Assembly (NCBI RefSeq): GCF_031769215.1
Contig: NW_026782756.1
Span: forward strand, 186,001-250,000
Length of the DNA: 64,000 nt
Origin: Ylistrum balloti
Lineage: Eukaryota
Direction: 5' to 3'
Both the position numbers and the translations under genes were made by a program. Below the pieces are notes generated by a model. The model did not search any database. It saw only the letters and a list, made by a program, of their open reading frames with translations, and was not told where the DNA came from. This document shows, piece by piece, positions 26,274 to 38,200 of this stretch. The number at the start of each line of letters is the position of its first letter. The stretch's first letter is position 1.

Positions 26274-29200
26274 TCAGGATTTGGAGGCCCTACTCCTGCT
26301 TCTACTAGACCCTGCTGACTTTTTTCGGTCTTCCTTAGGACTTTTAGGTTTCCTCACAGGAGTCACTGCTGGTGTTTTCGGTTTCGTGTTGAATCTTGGA
26401 GGCTGGCCTGTAAGAGATACTTGACAAGATTAGTCTTCTACCATTACAATGACTTTGAATGAAATTAGCCGCAAAAAATTTGATTCAGACAAGAAAAAAA
26501 TCAGGCTAAGTGATTTCAAATGAATAGAAAATGGGCAAAGATCTTGATTTCAACATACTTTAGTAACTGATGCATGTTTGTTGAGTTAAATCTATAGTTA
26601 AATTTCGCTCCGTTGAGGATAGTATATATATATGTAACTGGAGTTTAAACTTGGCTAAAGGATATGTATTGCCTTTAAAACTCAAATAACTTTATAACTT
26701 TGATAAGCAGAATTTGATAGCAGCCAATAATGACTACAGAAGATTTATCTCACACTACATTACACAAATTACACCTGTTTTCCTCTTCGATACCTTAGTT
26801 TTTGTCATGATATGTTTGTTGGATGTACATGAAGCTAACAATGCTTTAGATGTTTGAAAGCACTGACTAAAATAAAATCATGAGTGATGAAAAAGTAAAG
26901 CATGCTTTGTAATTAAATGTTGTGTAATATAATTTTTCATGCAATATATATGTATTCAATGTCAGTATGTATTTCTGTAGTAAATCTCGATTGACATGAT
27001 CCACCTTTACCATTGTGACATGGAATGGATTTATCATGTTACCTTCTTGTTTACTGATCAAAACAACATTTGTATTAGCGTGTTGTTCTGTACCTATCTA
27101 CCAACTGTTTTTTCTATATAAATGAGAATTTTAGTAAAACACATTCTCCCATTCCTGCTTTGGTATCATAGTACTTGTATTATTGGGCTTTGTGTTTTGT
27201 CACTCTATAAAGTTAAAATTGTGTAAGAAAATGACAAAAGAATTATTAATTATCACTCTAGAATAAAATTGTTACATCAAATGCCATTGAAGAAATTCAC
27301 CATCCTATAACGTAAATGTTGTGTGTGGTGCCATTATCCACTATCATGGCGAGATCTTAAATTCACAGCAAACCTTATGGCAAACAAATCAATGAAGCAG
27401 TCAAATTTCACACCAAAACACAACTTATATCCATCAATATTTTATGAAAATGTCATCTTTATACTTTAAACAAAATTTAACTGTTTTCTGATGTGTTGAC
27501 ATGAACATGGAAGCAAATTGTGAAAAAAACATTACAAAGGAAATTACTCGTAATGTATGCATATAAAATTTCAAAACTAGATTTGTCCAGTTTGTTTGGA
27601 AGTGCTTAAACTTCTAAACCTCTCAATCAAAACCATGGTGTTTTACCTTGGTCATCAGATTTGAAAATTGGTTAATAATAGTGAAATGCTGAAATTGGTA
27701 GCCATTCATGATCCGAGTTACATTTATGTCATCAATAATCATTAGATTTTGTGATTAATTATTTGACAATTGTAACATACAGGACAATCTTTTTTCAGGG
27801 TGTTTTTCTTGCTATTTTTGACTAGGATATCAGCCTTGGATTTGACAACAATTTTTGTACTCAACCTCAGTCAACATATGTTTATCATTGTTACTGTATC
27901 AGTAATTGTTACAATTAGACTTCTGATTACTAATGTGAATGATAACTTTACTGAATACCCAAATTGTTAATATCACTCTTAAACATACTTTCCTGAATAC
28001 TGATTGTTAATCTGAAAATGTACCAATTAGAAATATACATGATCACATATCTGTGTATACATTATGACATAGAGAATATATATAGATGGCTACATAATAC
28101 ACATATTTCCCCAACAGTTTGTTATACACATACAATAAGATATACCATGTGTTTTGTATATATAATAGCCCTGGTCAATGTCGCCTGTTATCCAGAAACA
28201 AACCAGTGCATTTGCTTCTATTGTAGCAAAAACAAAAAACATCAACAAATTCTGTATAAATGGCTGTGAGATTATTGAAATACTTACATCTCCTCGTCAT
28301 CTACAAGTAGGTCTTAAAACGAACAACGATCATCAAAATTCATTGACACAGTCAAGCTAATAAATTCATACACTCCACCTGTTTTATAACAATGCGAAAT
28401 GGCCAAAGCTTAACTGAAATCTGATATTCTTGTGAACTTCATGCTCCCCAACTACATTTACCATGATCTATTTGAATTTTGTCAACCTGCCCAAAAGTGT
28501 AGACTTAAAATTCTCCTCTATAGATATATATAACTGTTAGAAATGGAAAGTGGGATGGGATTATGTGAGGGAAATCAAAGAAATCCTACTCCTCCAGTAA
28601 ACATTGATGTTCTTTAATGAAACTTAGTGTGGAGCATCCATATTCAGGAGGGCTTATTTTGCAAAAAAAAAAAAAAAAAAAAACATATGAGGATTAAAAT
28701 GGGAAATGAATTCTTGCAGATCTAGTCTATACCTTTCCTTAAATGTTGAGGGATGTCTGAGGGGAAGGAATTGTAATCAAATCAGTTTTTGATGGTAGAG
28801 GTTAACGTGGGTGACATATATTCATACAATTTCCAAAAGGTTAAGGAGGTTGCTAAGTTAGAAAATCAACTATGGTCATACAAGTCTCTAGAGCTTAAGG
28901 GGGTAGTCATATAGGTGACAAACTTTATCAGAACAAGTCCCTGAATGGTAAGTGGGTAGTCATATAGGTGACAAACTATATCAGAACAAGTCCCTGAATG
29001 GTAAGTGGGTTTCCCTGTGGGTGACAAAACTATATCAGAACAAGTCCCTGAATGTTACGGGGGTTTCCCTGTGGGTGACAAAACTATATCAGAACAAGTC
29101 CCTGAATGGTAAGTGGGTTTCCCTGTGGGTGACAAAACTATATCAGAACAAGTCCCTGAATGTTACGGGGGTTTCCCTGTGGGTGACAAAACTATATCAG

Positions 29201-32200
29201 AACAAGTCCCTGAATGTTACGGGGGTTTCCCTGTGGGTGAAAACTATATCAGAACAAGTCCCTGAATGTTACGGGGTTTCCCTGTGGGTGACAAACTATA
29301 TCAGAACAAGTCCCTGAATGTTACGGGGGTTTCCCTGTGGGTGACAAACTATATCAGATCAAGTCCCTGAATGTTACGGGGGTTTCCCTGTGGGTGACAA
29401 AACTATATCAGAACAAGTCCCTGAATGTTACGGGGTTTCCCTGTGGGTGACAAACTATATCAGAACAAGTCCCTGAATGTTACGGGGTTTCCCTGTGGGT
29501 GACAAACTATATTAGAACAAGTCCCTGAATGTTACGGGGGTTTCCTTGTGGGTGACAAACTATATCAGATCAAGTCCCTGAATGTTACGGGGGTTTCCCT
29601 GTGGGTGACAAAACTGTATCAGAACAAGTCCCTGAATGGTAAGTGGGTTTCCCTGTGGGTGACAAAACTATATCAGAACAAGTCCCTGAATGTTACGGGG
29701 GTTTCCCTGTGGGTGACAAACTATATCAGAACAAGTCCCTGAATGGTAAGTGGGTTTCCCTGTGGGTGACAAACTATATCAGAACAAGTCCCTGAATGTT
29801 ACGGGGGTTTCCCTGTGGGTGACAAACTATGTCAGAACAAAACCCTGAATGTTACGGGGTTTCCCTGTGGGTGACAAACTATATCAGAACAAGTCCCTGA
29901 ATGTTACCGGGTTTCCCTGTGGGTGACAAACTATATCAGAACAAGTCCCTGAATGTTACGGGGGTTTCCCTGTGGGTGACAAACTATATCAGATCAAGTC
30001 CCTGAATGTTACGGGGGTTTCCCTGTGGGTGACAAACTATGTCAGAACAAAACCCTGAATGTTACGGGGGTTTCCTTGTGGGTGACAATCTAAGCCAATA
30101 CAAGTCCTTGAAGGACAAGGGGGTTTCCCTGTGGGTGACAAACTATGTCAGAACAAAACCCTGAATGTTACGGGGGTTTCCCTGTGGGTGACAATCTAAG
30201 CCAATACAAGTCCTTGAAGGACAAGGGGGTCATCAAGATGGTGATAATTATGTCTATAAAAGTTCCTGATGATTGAGGGGGTTCCTGTTCACAGAGAGAG
30301 CTACCTAGTCTAATGATAGAGAGTGGTGGATTTACATACATTGTACACAGGGAAACATTCACCTTTGCATAAAACTTTTCATTTTGACCCAATGTCAAAT
30401 TCACCCTTACATATGAGTACATATAAACATGTTTCCACTGAAATTCAAACTTAGCTCAAATTTTATTTTATTGCAAAAAGGGTGAAACAGGTGAAAGATA
30501 AACTGCTGTGAACGTTTTCTTGTATTTAATAGACTAAAAATTAGGAGAAACATTGATTTGAGGAAGATAAACTTGATATCGATTAAACATTTGTAACAGA
30601 TAACATATATGTGTATACCTCATGGCTATGAATATTTCATTATATAGCACAAAATGCAGGAGAATGTTAAAACTTACAGGTTATGCAATAGTAGCTAGCT
30701 GAGATTACAGAGTATATAAGTCAATAAATATTGATAGCATCAAATTAAATACTGCAAAAACCCATATAATGTACACTGGGTTTTTTGGAGAAATTTAAAG
30801 TCCAAAGTGTGATTGCCAATATAACATAGGTAAATGATTACATTATCTATGTGAGATATTTCTGATTTCTTTCTTGTGGGTTTAAATTATGCAAAGATTA
30901 GGAGGGTTGTTCCTTTTCCAGACTTACCCATGTTAGCAGGACGAGGAATGCTTGTCTTCTCCAGCTTAAGTTCCAGATCCTCTTTCATGTCGTTTATGTT
31001 GTTTTTCATCTTATCCAACAATGCACTGGTATGTGCTTGTAAAACCTCTCGGATTATTTCTCCTACTTTCTACAATCAACAAAAAAAGTTAAAGGAATTA
31101 GTGAAAATTTGAAACTGCAATCCATTTTAACAGCATTTTCTTTTGAAACTTTATTCAAAGAGAAAAATTCAATATGATATTTACTTTCATATGCATGTCA
31201 AAAATTTTGACAGGATGCACTAGTACATGTATCATGGTAAGGCATAGTCCCTCATTCAGTGTAAGCTTTAATTTGTATGGAGTTCTTCCATAGTTCTGTT
31301 TCTATTTTGGTAGGCTTGATTATCATGACATGAAGTTGTGAATTCTTGAATGACAGCTGATTGAACAACTTTTTGTTTAGGTATTTCTATGGGGTTCCCG
31401 CCCCTCCCCACTCTTTCGTTTTGATTCGATAGATTGCAAGTTCTTTTTATTGTCTTTTATTTCTTTTTTTATTCTATCACTATTTTCATCTTTTCTGTAG
31501 ATCTCTTGAAGTTTCTGACTGATCTCTTTCCAACTTGTTACACTTTTTCACTTAAATATATATCACTGTTTCCACTATGTTATTTTGACTCAAGGAGTTT
31601 TGGAAGAGTTATTGCCCTTTGTTTTTTCCAGCTTTTGTTGATCTCTTGATATATCCCCTCACTTAGTTTACAACAGATATTGCATAAATTGGTAGATTTT
31701 ATTATAGTGACATGAAATTGTGCAGTTCTATTCATTGAGATACAATAATGTGTTTCTCTTCAGTAAGGGAAGGGCATATGTCGTTCTGCACTGCAATTTT
31801 CTTGTTAAAAGCAAAGAATCAGTTTAAACAAATCTTCCAAAAAGTTATTTTATTTCTACTCTACCTCTTTATTTAATGGCTGTTGTTCCTGACTTTCTGT
31901 AATTTTTTTCATCATCTGCTCTTTCTGTTTACCAGCTTCTGCAGCCTGAATCTCCCGCTTAGCAGCCCTCTGCTCCGCACAATCTCTCTCCCTTTGTTGT
32001 ACTGCTTCATACTTCTGATTATATTCCCAAATACGTTTTTCTTTGGCTGTCTTTAAGGCTTCTGAGCACGATGATGGAGGTGTATGAATCTCTAGTTGGA
32101 CATTGGGTACCCGACTCTCACGATCATGTGTAAATACATATTGGAATAATCTGTATTGCCTCATGAATGTCAAAAACACATACTCTGCATAAACTTTGTA

Positions 32201-34046
32201 ATTTCTTGTAGCTAAAACAAAGCCCAGTTCTTCTGATTTCTGTTTGAATATTTCCAATGTATCTGGAAGACTTTTACCTGGAATATTGAAGACGATATAT
32301 CAGAATCAAACAAAACAAAATAAAAATTAAAGAATTTATTTTTTAGCTATTGAAGTAAAGAATTTAGTAAATATCAGTTCAGCAATCAAACCTCTTTATG
32401 CTCTATTACTTGTAAAAGTAACATTTGATGTTGTGAAGGAATTAGTTTAACAGTCAATATGTCAGTCAGAATCGAACTGACCTACCTAAGATTTTACTGT
32501 TAAATTAGATAACAAACATCACATTACACACTAAAACATGTTATATTTACCAGCAAAGCTCAGTGTCATTGATGTTGACTGTAAATGGCGCAGAAGTGCA
32601 GTTTTATGATTTCATTAATACATTTTACACACTTTGCTATCCTATGCAGATCCTTGTTCAATTTTTACCTACCATGATCATTAAAAAGGAACAATCATTT
32701 AAATTTTGACAACTTTAACATAGCAATTCATAATAAAATGACAGGTGATCCATGTCATTAGGTTTGTATATTTATATAGTCTTAAGAGTAACAATGTCAT
32801 GTCAATGTAAATCTTAATCATCCTTGCATACCTATAGATTCCTGTAACAGTTGTTCGGAGAAGTCCACAGCTGCACACACCTGGTCCCAGGAAAAGCCCT
32901 TCTCAACAGCAAACATAAGGCACTCATAAAGGAAATCCAAATGGATATCATGGCGCATAGCCAGCTCTGCATTGAAGGGCTGCCATCCTAAGTGTTTTAG
33001 GAGACTTTGCTTCCCTTTTTCTTTCTGAAGAAAAATAAATAAATAGAAATGCCACATGGTTTAATATAATATAGCTTTGTATCTAGGAAGGATTTTTTTA
33101 AATAGTTATCCTATTTTAGTATAATTACATAAATGGCCATGGGAAGCATCAATCATACATATTTTTAACTTAACTAAAAGCAAACTACAATATTATGTCA
33201 ACACTTTTAATCTTAGAATAATTATCTAGCAATGTTTGCATCCCTCCTTGCAATGTGTTTGCCCACGAACACTGCATCAACCCAGGTTATATAGCCCCTC
33301 CAACAAAGCCTTTCACTCTCCTAGCATGTACTTGATTGGTGTACTGAATCAAATTTAGCAGGAAAGATTACTGTATCCCCACCGTGGGTCACACCTTTGA
33401 CCCCTGGCTTAGCTAAATGGAATTTCCCTCTAGCATGAAGCTAAAATGCTACCATACCTCTATATAAATTAAAACCTGTCACAAATAGAAAGTGTATAGT
33501 TATTGATATGATGAAACTGGGTATATTAAAAGCATGTATAAACGTTGTTTTTGTACAGTTTTACCGCTACTGAGAACCCATGCTATTTTTTCAACTATAT
33601 ATACAAACACATAACGGTCCGGAATCGATGTCGAGACAATACAACTACTTGGCAGAAAATATGACTACTACACAATTTTCCGATCTTTGGAAAAAAAAAT
33701 CAGAAAAAAACAGACAAAACAAAATTTGATATATTTCATACGACGACTTTCATTTTTCAATTATAAATGTAAATAATTGCATCAAATCAATATTTGGCGT
33801 AACGTAAATTTAGGTGTCATACACATTTTCTTCGATAGCACGATCAACTTTCGCTTTCGACGCATATGAATGTGGTTAACACGCATGATAAATTGTTTGG
33901 CACTAAATATATTCAGAGAAATAAAATAGAAGTTTCATTTTAAGATGAAGGTGATTTGTTTCAGCCAAAATGCTCATGCGAAGCAGTCAACATACCGAAA
34001 GACTTGCGACGTGCTGTGCAGCAGTTGTTGACAGAATCGCCGCCAT
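26274..34046 (-). CDS. C8orf74: C8orf74-family uncharacterised protein (5 exons, 310 aa)
   Basis: Exons 34046-33996, 33024-32832, 32277-31865, 31069-30928, 26407-26274; 933 nt, phases 0/1/0/1 consistent, ends TGA. Segments DIHLDFLYECLMFAVEKGFSWDQV and TFMRQYRLFQYVF...LEIHTPP resemble remembered human C8orf74 (ILLDTLYESIIFAVGKGFPWVEV; TFIRHYKLYQYVL...LEVCMPP). Confidence 0.85.
28900..30230. repeat. 53/54-bp minisatellite, about 25 copies, in C8orf74 intron 4
   Basis: Unit GTGGGTGACAAACTATATCAGAACAAGTCCCTGAATGTTACGGGGGTTTCCCT, with a variant carrying GGTAAGTGGG. Confidence 0.95.
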
Positions 34047-34348
34047 TTTGTTGCTACCAAGCTTTTAACGCGATTCTCGTAAAATCTCGACTTTGTTAAC
34101 TACATTATTTGCAAGATAATGCGAAACATAGATCATAGTATACTTCATATTTTCAACATGGCAAAAATGGAAATTTGAAAAAACAAAATTGACGTTATGA
34201 ATGGACAAATAACAGAAAATAATTGTTTGCCGATCTATTGTAAAACAAAATCACGTGATTAGAAACGAGATTAACCGCCTGCTTCATGTGGATTACTTTC
34301 CAGTAACGATAGTAAACAACAAGGAAATGTCATCCTACTTCAGACAAG
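34047..34348. promoter_or_regulatory. Putative bidirectional promoter of C8orf74 and the RP1-like gene, with candidate RP1-like exon 1 ending at 34348
   Basis: CpG-richer zone; perfect palindrome AATCACGTGATT (34249-34260, E-box); X-box-like and forkhead composite GTAACGATAGTAAACAA (34303-34319); donor-like AAG|GTAAAA at 34349. Confidence 0.5.
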
Positions 34349-35280
34349 GTAAAACTAAAGATAGAGATGCACTGCCAACCTCTAGATTAGTTCTATCGCG
34401 CGTGTTAACAGAATTTCTTCTTTAACTAATTCACATAATGTTGTCAGTGAACAAAAATGTGCATGCCCGCGAAACGCAATACATGTTGAACAAGTTCATT
34501 TTTCCAGATCTCGTTTTAAAAAGTGAGACACTGATGGTTGAATGTTTCCTTAAATGCGTAAATGCACTTGTTTTTCTTGTTTACCGAATAGCATAACGAT
34601 CTGTCTGTGTAAATCGTAAGGGGAATTAAGGTACCTGTTACTTGATATTAGGAATGCAAAAGAAGATGTACAATTATGCCATATTATATTTGTCCATTTT
34701 TAGCCGAATAAACAATGAATCATTGAACCAGCTTGGATTGATCTATGTTTCAATATCTTTCAATTATGGATTAATCCTGATTTTATGTATTTGAATTCTT
34801 AAAATCCTTTGACAAGTGTTCCATTCATCTACATCCTGTATAAAAAAAATTATAATTTTCCTGATGTTTAGCCTCGATTAATCAATGTCATGCTGTGGCC
34901 TCTGCTTTGGGTTATACATCATTGTTTATCGCAAAGATTGTCTACACCATTCAGTAGACGGTATTTGGATAATATCACTCCTTCTATGTGTATGTATTTG
35001 GGGGATAGTGATTCTAGAATTTGAAGCGTTTCACTGTTTGATTTATCCTTGAGATCATACTACATTTTTGTGGTGTGTTGTTTGACTCAATAGCTTGTAT
35101 CCTTTATAAATAAAGGACTCCATGTCTTTAGAGTCTAAATATGGTCATAATAAGGCTTTATATAAAGACATGAACATTAATAGGTAACCCTGTTATTATG
35201 AACTTCATGAAATGTCTATTATGAAGTTAATATGTTTGTTGATATACATTTAGGTGGATGACTGGAAGAGTTCCAAACTA

Positions 35281-38200
35281 ATGGCAGACACTGATACCAT
35301 GGACTCCAAAGGGAGGGAGGAGTTGGACCCTACCTCCCAGAATACAAAGGAGGAAAGGAAGCAGTTTCGAATAGTCAAACCAAAAACACGCAAGCTCAAA
35401 CCTTTGTTTGAATCAGATTCACAGAGTGTGGAGGAGGGAAGGAATCGTAAAGATCAAATTCATCACAGTCGCACATCTTTGACTGCCCCAACACAAGCAA
35501 AAATATGTTACTTCTACAAAGATGATGATTACACTTTCAAGTCATTGAAAGTAGCAGTCAGTGACCGTAAATACAAGAGATTTGATTCCCTCTTTAGTGA
35601 ATTAACAAAAAGAATGCCAGGTTTAAACTATGGTGTTAGAAGCATTTTCACACCACGAGGAAAAAACAGAGTTGAAAGTTTCGATCAGTTGACGAATGAG
35701 CAAAAATACATCTGTTCAACTAAGCGACATACACTGAAAGGTTTGGATTTAGACAGACTAGATAACCGTGAAATGTGGCACTCAACTCGTCCTCCAAGTG
35801 GACGTAGGGCATATAACCGTCTGGTGAGGGACTCTCGGTTACGAGAAAGTAAAGTGAGAAAAACAGGAAAACGAGACCCTCAGATGGCATATGCTTATTA
35901 TTATTCCATGCCTAAAAAAGTTACCATTATGAGGAATGGAGACCCAACAAATCGTCATGTCATGATATTTAACAGAAAGACTGCCCAGACATTTGACCAA
36001 GTGCGAGATGACATGGGAGATGTAGTGAAATGTTCAGCCATGAGAATTTACACCATTGATGGAAAGGAGGTTTGTATTTACTAAAGAACACTTATACAAA
36101 TCGATGCATTAACATCACTGAACAGGCAACTTAATTTTGATTTCTTAAACTGTTAGTGTTGGCAGAATATCAGATTTTCATGGGTAATACCTATAAATCA
36201 AAGTCCATGTTACATTTACTCTTTCATTGTTCCATAAATAAATGTGAGATTGCTAATAAAAGAATTGTTTACATACTCTAATGGATCCTGATGATGAGAT
36301 TTGTAACAATACTACTCAATATTTGCAGCAAATGATGCCCTTTTCCTCCTGATCATTATGGTTTGATAAATTTTAACAGATACGGAATTTACAGCAATTG
36401 ATGAACGGCCCAGATGTAATGATAGTAGGAGGTAAAGAACCATTCCGTCACATGGAGGGGGTTTCATTCACACCTCGACAGTCCAGACTCGCCTTTTCTC
36501 GTGGGGGCCTCAGCACTCGAGGAGGGTCTGACATGATTGCCAGGAAAATGCAAGAACGAAGAGAGAGATTAAAGAAAACTCGTAAGTATTATTTTAGAAT
36601 TTCAAAGTAAACAAATGAGTTGTACATTTGGGAGAATCAGGTTATGTAGATAGGTTCTTGGTGGTCTGTATTCAATTGGTATTCATCAAAATCAAAATGT
36701 AATATTATATCACTTTGCAAACCTCATGTTTCCTACTTTAAAATCTTTCACCTGCTAGTTGAGATCACCCTATTTCATCCCAAAGGGGTTGTAAGATTAA
36801 ATCAGTATTTTATCACTGCATTGGTGAATGGTGGGGACCCAATGGTACTGTATCTGTGACAACAGGTGATTTAAGAGTACCCAATAGTAATTGGTTAGCA
36901 TTTGTCTCCGTGGCAACATATGATCGAGTGCTGGACATTCACCAGCATTGTGGGTCTCTCATATGTGATGGCCAGCATGAACTGTAAAGACTTTGTAGAA
37001 AGAAGAGTATAAAGAGTTTGAAAATACAATGTATTGTATAACATTTAAGATTAATGTTCTGCAAAATATTTTGCCAACCACTTCAGTGTTAAGATTGAGC
37101 ACAAGTGAGAATTCACATACTCAAGATTACTTGACTTACTCTGACAACCAGACAACTGAATACATGTAGTTTATTTGACAAACCTGTTACCCCTCTATAT
37201 GTTAACAAATAACCATAACCATACATTGCCGTTTTCAGAGGGTAAATGGAAGGTCCTAGTCCAGACCAACAAACACCCGTCTACTGGAACACCAGCTCAA
37301 GTAACGCTGACTGTGTATGGACACAAGGGAAATTCTGGACCCATTGCTCTTGGAAATGGAGATGGCACCCAATTTAAAAGTGGGAACATGGATACATTTG
37401 ATGTATGTATGGGGACTACTATTGTTGGGGAAAAGCTAAAAGATTGATTGTTTGATCAGCCTTCCTCCAAGAGGTGATGATCAGTTTTTGTATATTTGGT
37501 AATCTTTGTGGAGGGTTTAATTTCACTTTGTTTGTGATCGTTAAGGATTGCAAATATGCAACATAGATTTTACTGTTTATCAAAAAATGCTGTCCTGTTT
37601 ATAGCTGAAGAATAAATTGCTTGAAATTTGATGTTGTGAAATATCTCTAACCTTGATAACTGAAAAATATCTAACAGTACTACAGTATAAAATTGATGGT
37701 ATTGTAAAATTGTTCCTGGGATCAATTCTTCTATTATATCAATAACACCTGAAAATTTGTATGTTGGGGTTATTCATGGAAACTCTTGATTTAGTCAAAT
37801 GAGCCATTATTGATTAAATAGATTAGTCAAACAATGCTTAGTCACATTATCATATTACAAATAGACCTGGTTTCCTTATTCAATCATCTAAAAAGGAATA
37901 TAAGTGGGAGGGAGAGTTTTTTCACTTAATTTCAGTAAAGCAAATGTGTTCTGTAAACATACACATTCAGTAACATATGTAAAAATGAACTCATTCATGT
38001 ACATCATTTTTATCACAATAAGGGAAAACATCAAAAGAAAAAAATGACTGAAATTTTTTCCACAGAAAATAACAATAGGCTATTCGTACTGAGTACGTTT
38101 AGCCTAAAAACCTTTTATAGAACTGCTACATAATGAAAGAAACAATAAATGTAGGATTCAATGAACTTTCATCCTTATTTGTTTTCTGCTGAGGAAGTTT

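Noticed and set aside
28288-28300. 13-nt minus-strand exon-like segment (TAG|ATGACGAGGAGAT|GTAAGT) in C8orf74 intron 4
   Set aside because: Weak pyrimidine tract and not frame-preserving. It would swap in an acidic C-terminus, but nothing supports its use.
28663-28683. A21 tract as a retroposon tail
   Set aside because: No target-site duplication or recognisable element body upstream.
28952-29742. ORFs of 121 and 64 aa with repeated peptides
   Set aside because: Translation of the 53/54-bp minisatellite; no splice or homology support.
35254-35280. GTG start of the 276-aa ORF as the true initiation site
   Set aside because: 35254 is the first base after a splice acceptor (TTTAG|GTG); ATG 35281 or 35299, or an unseen upstream exon, is more plausible.
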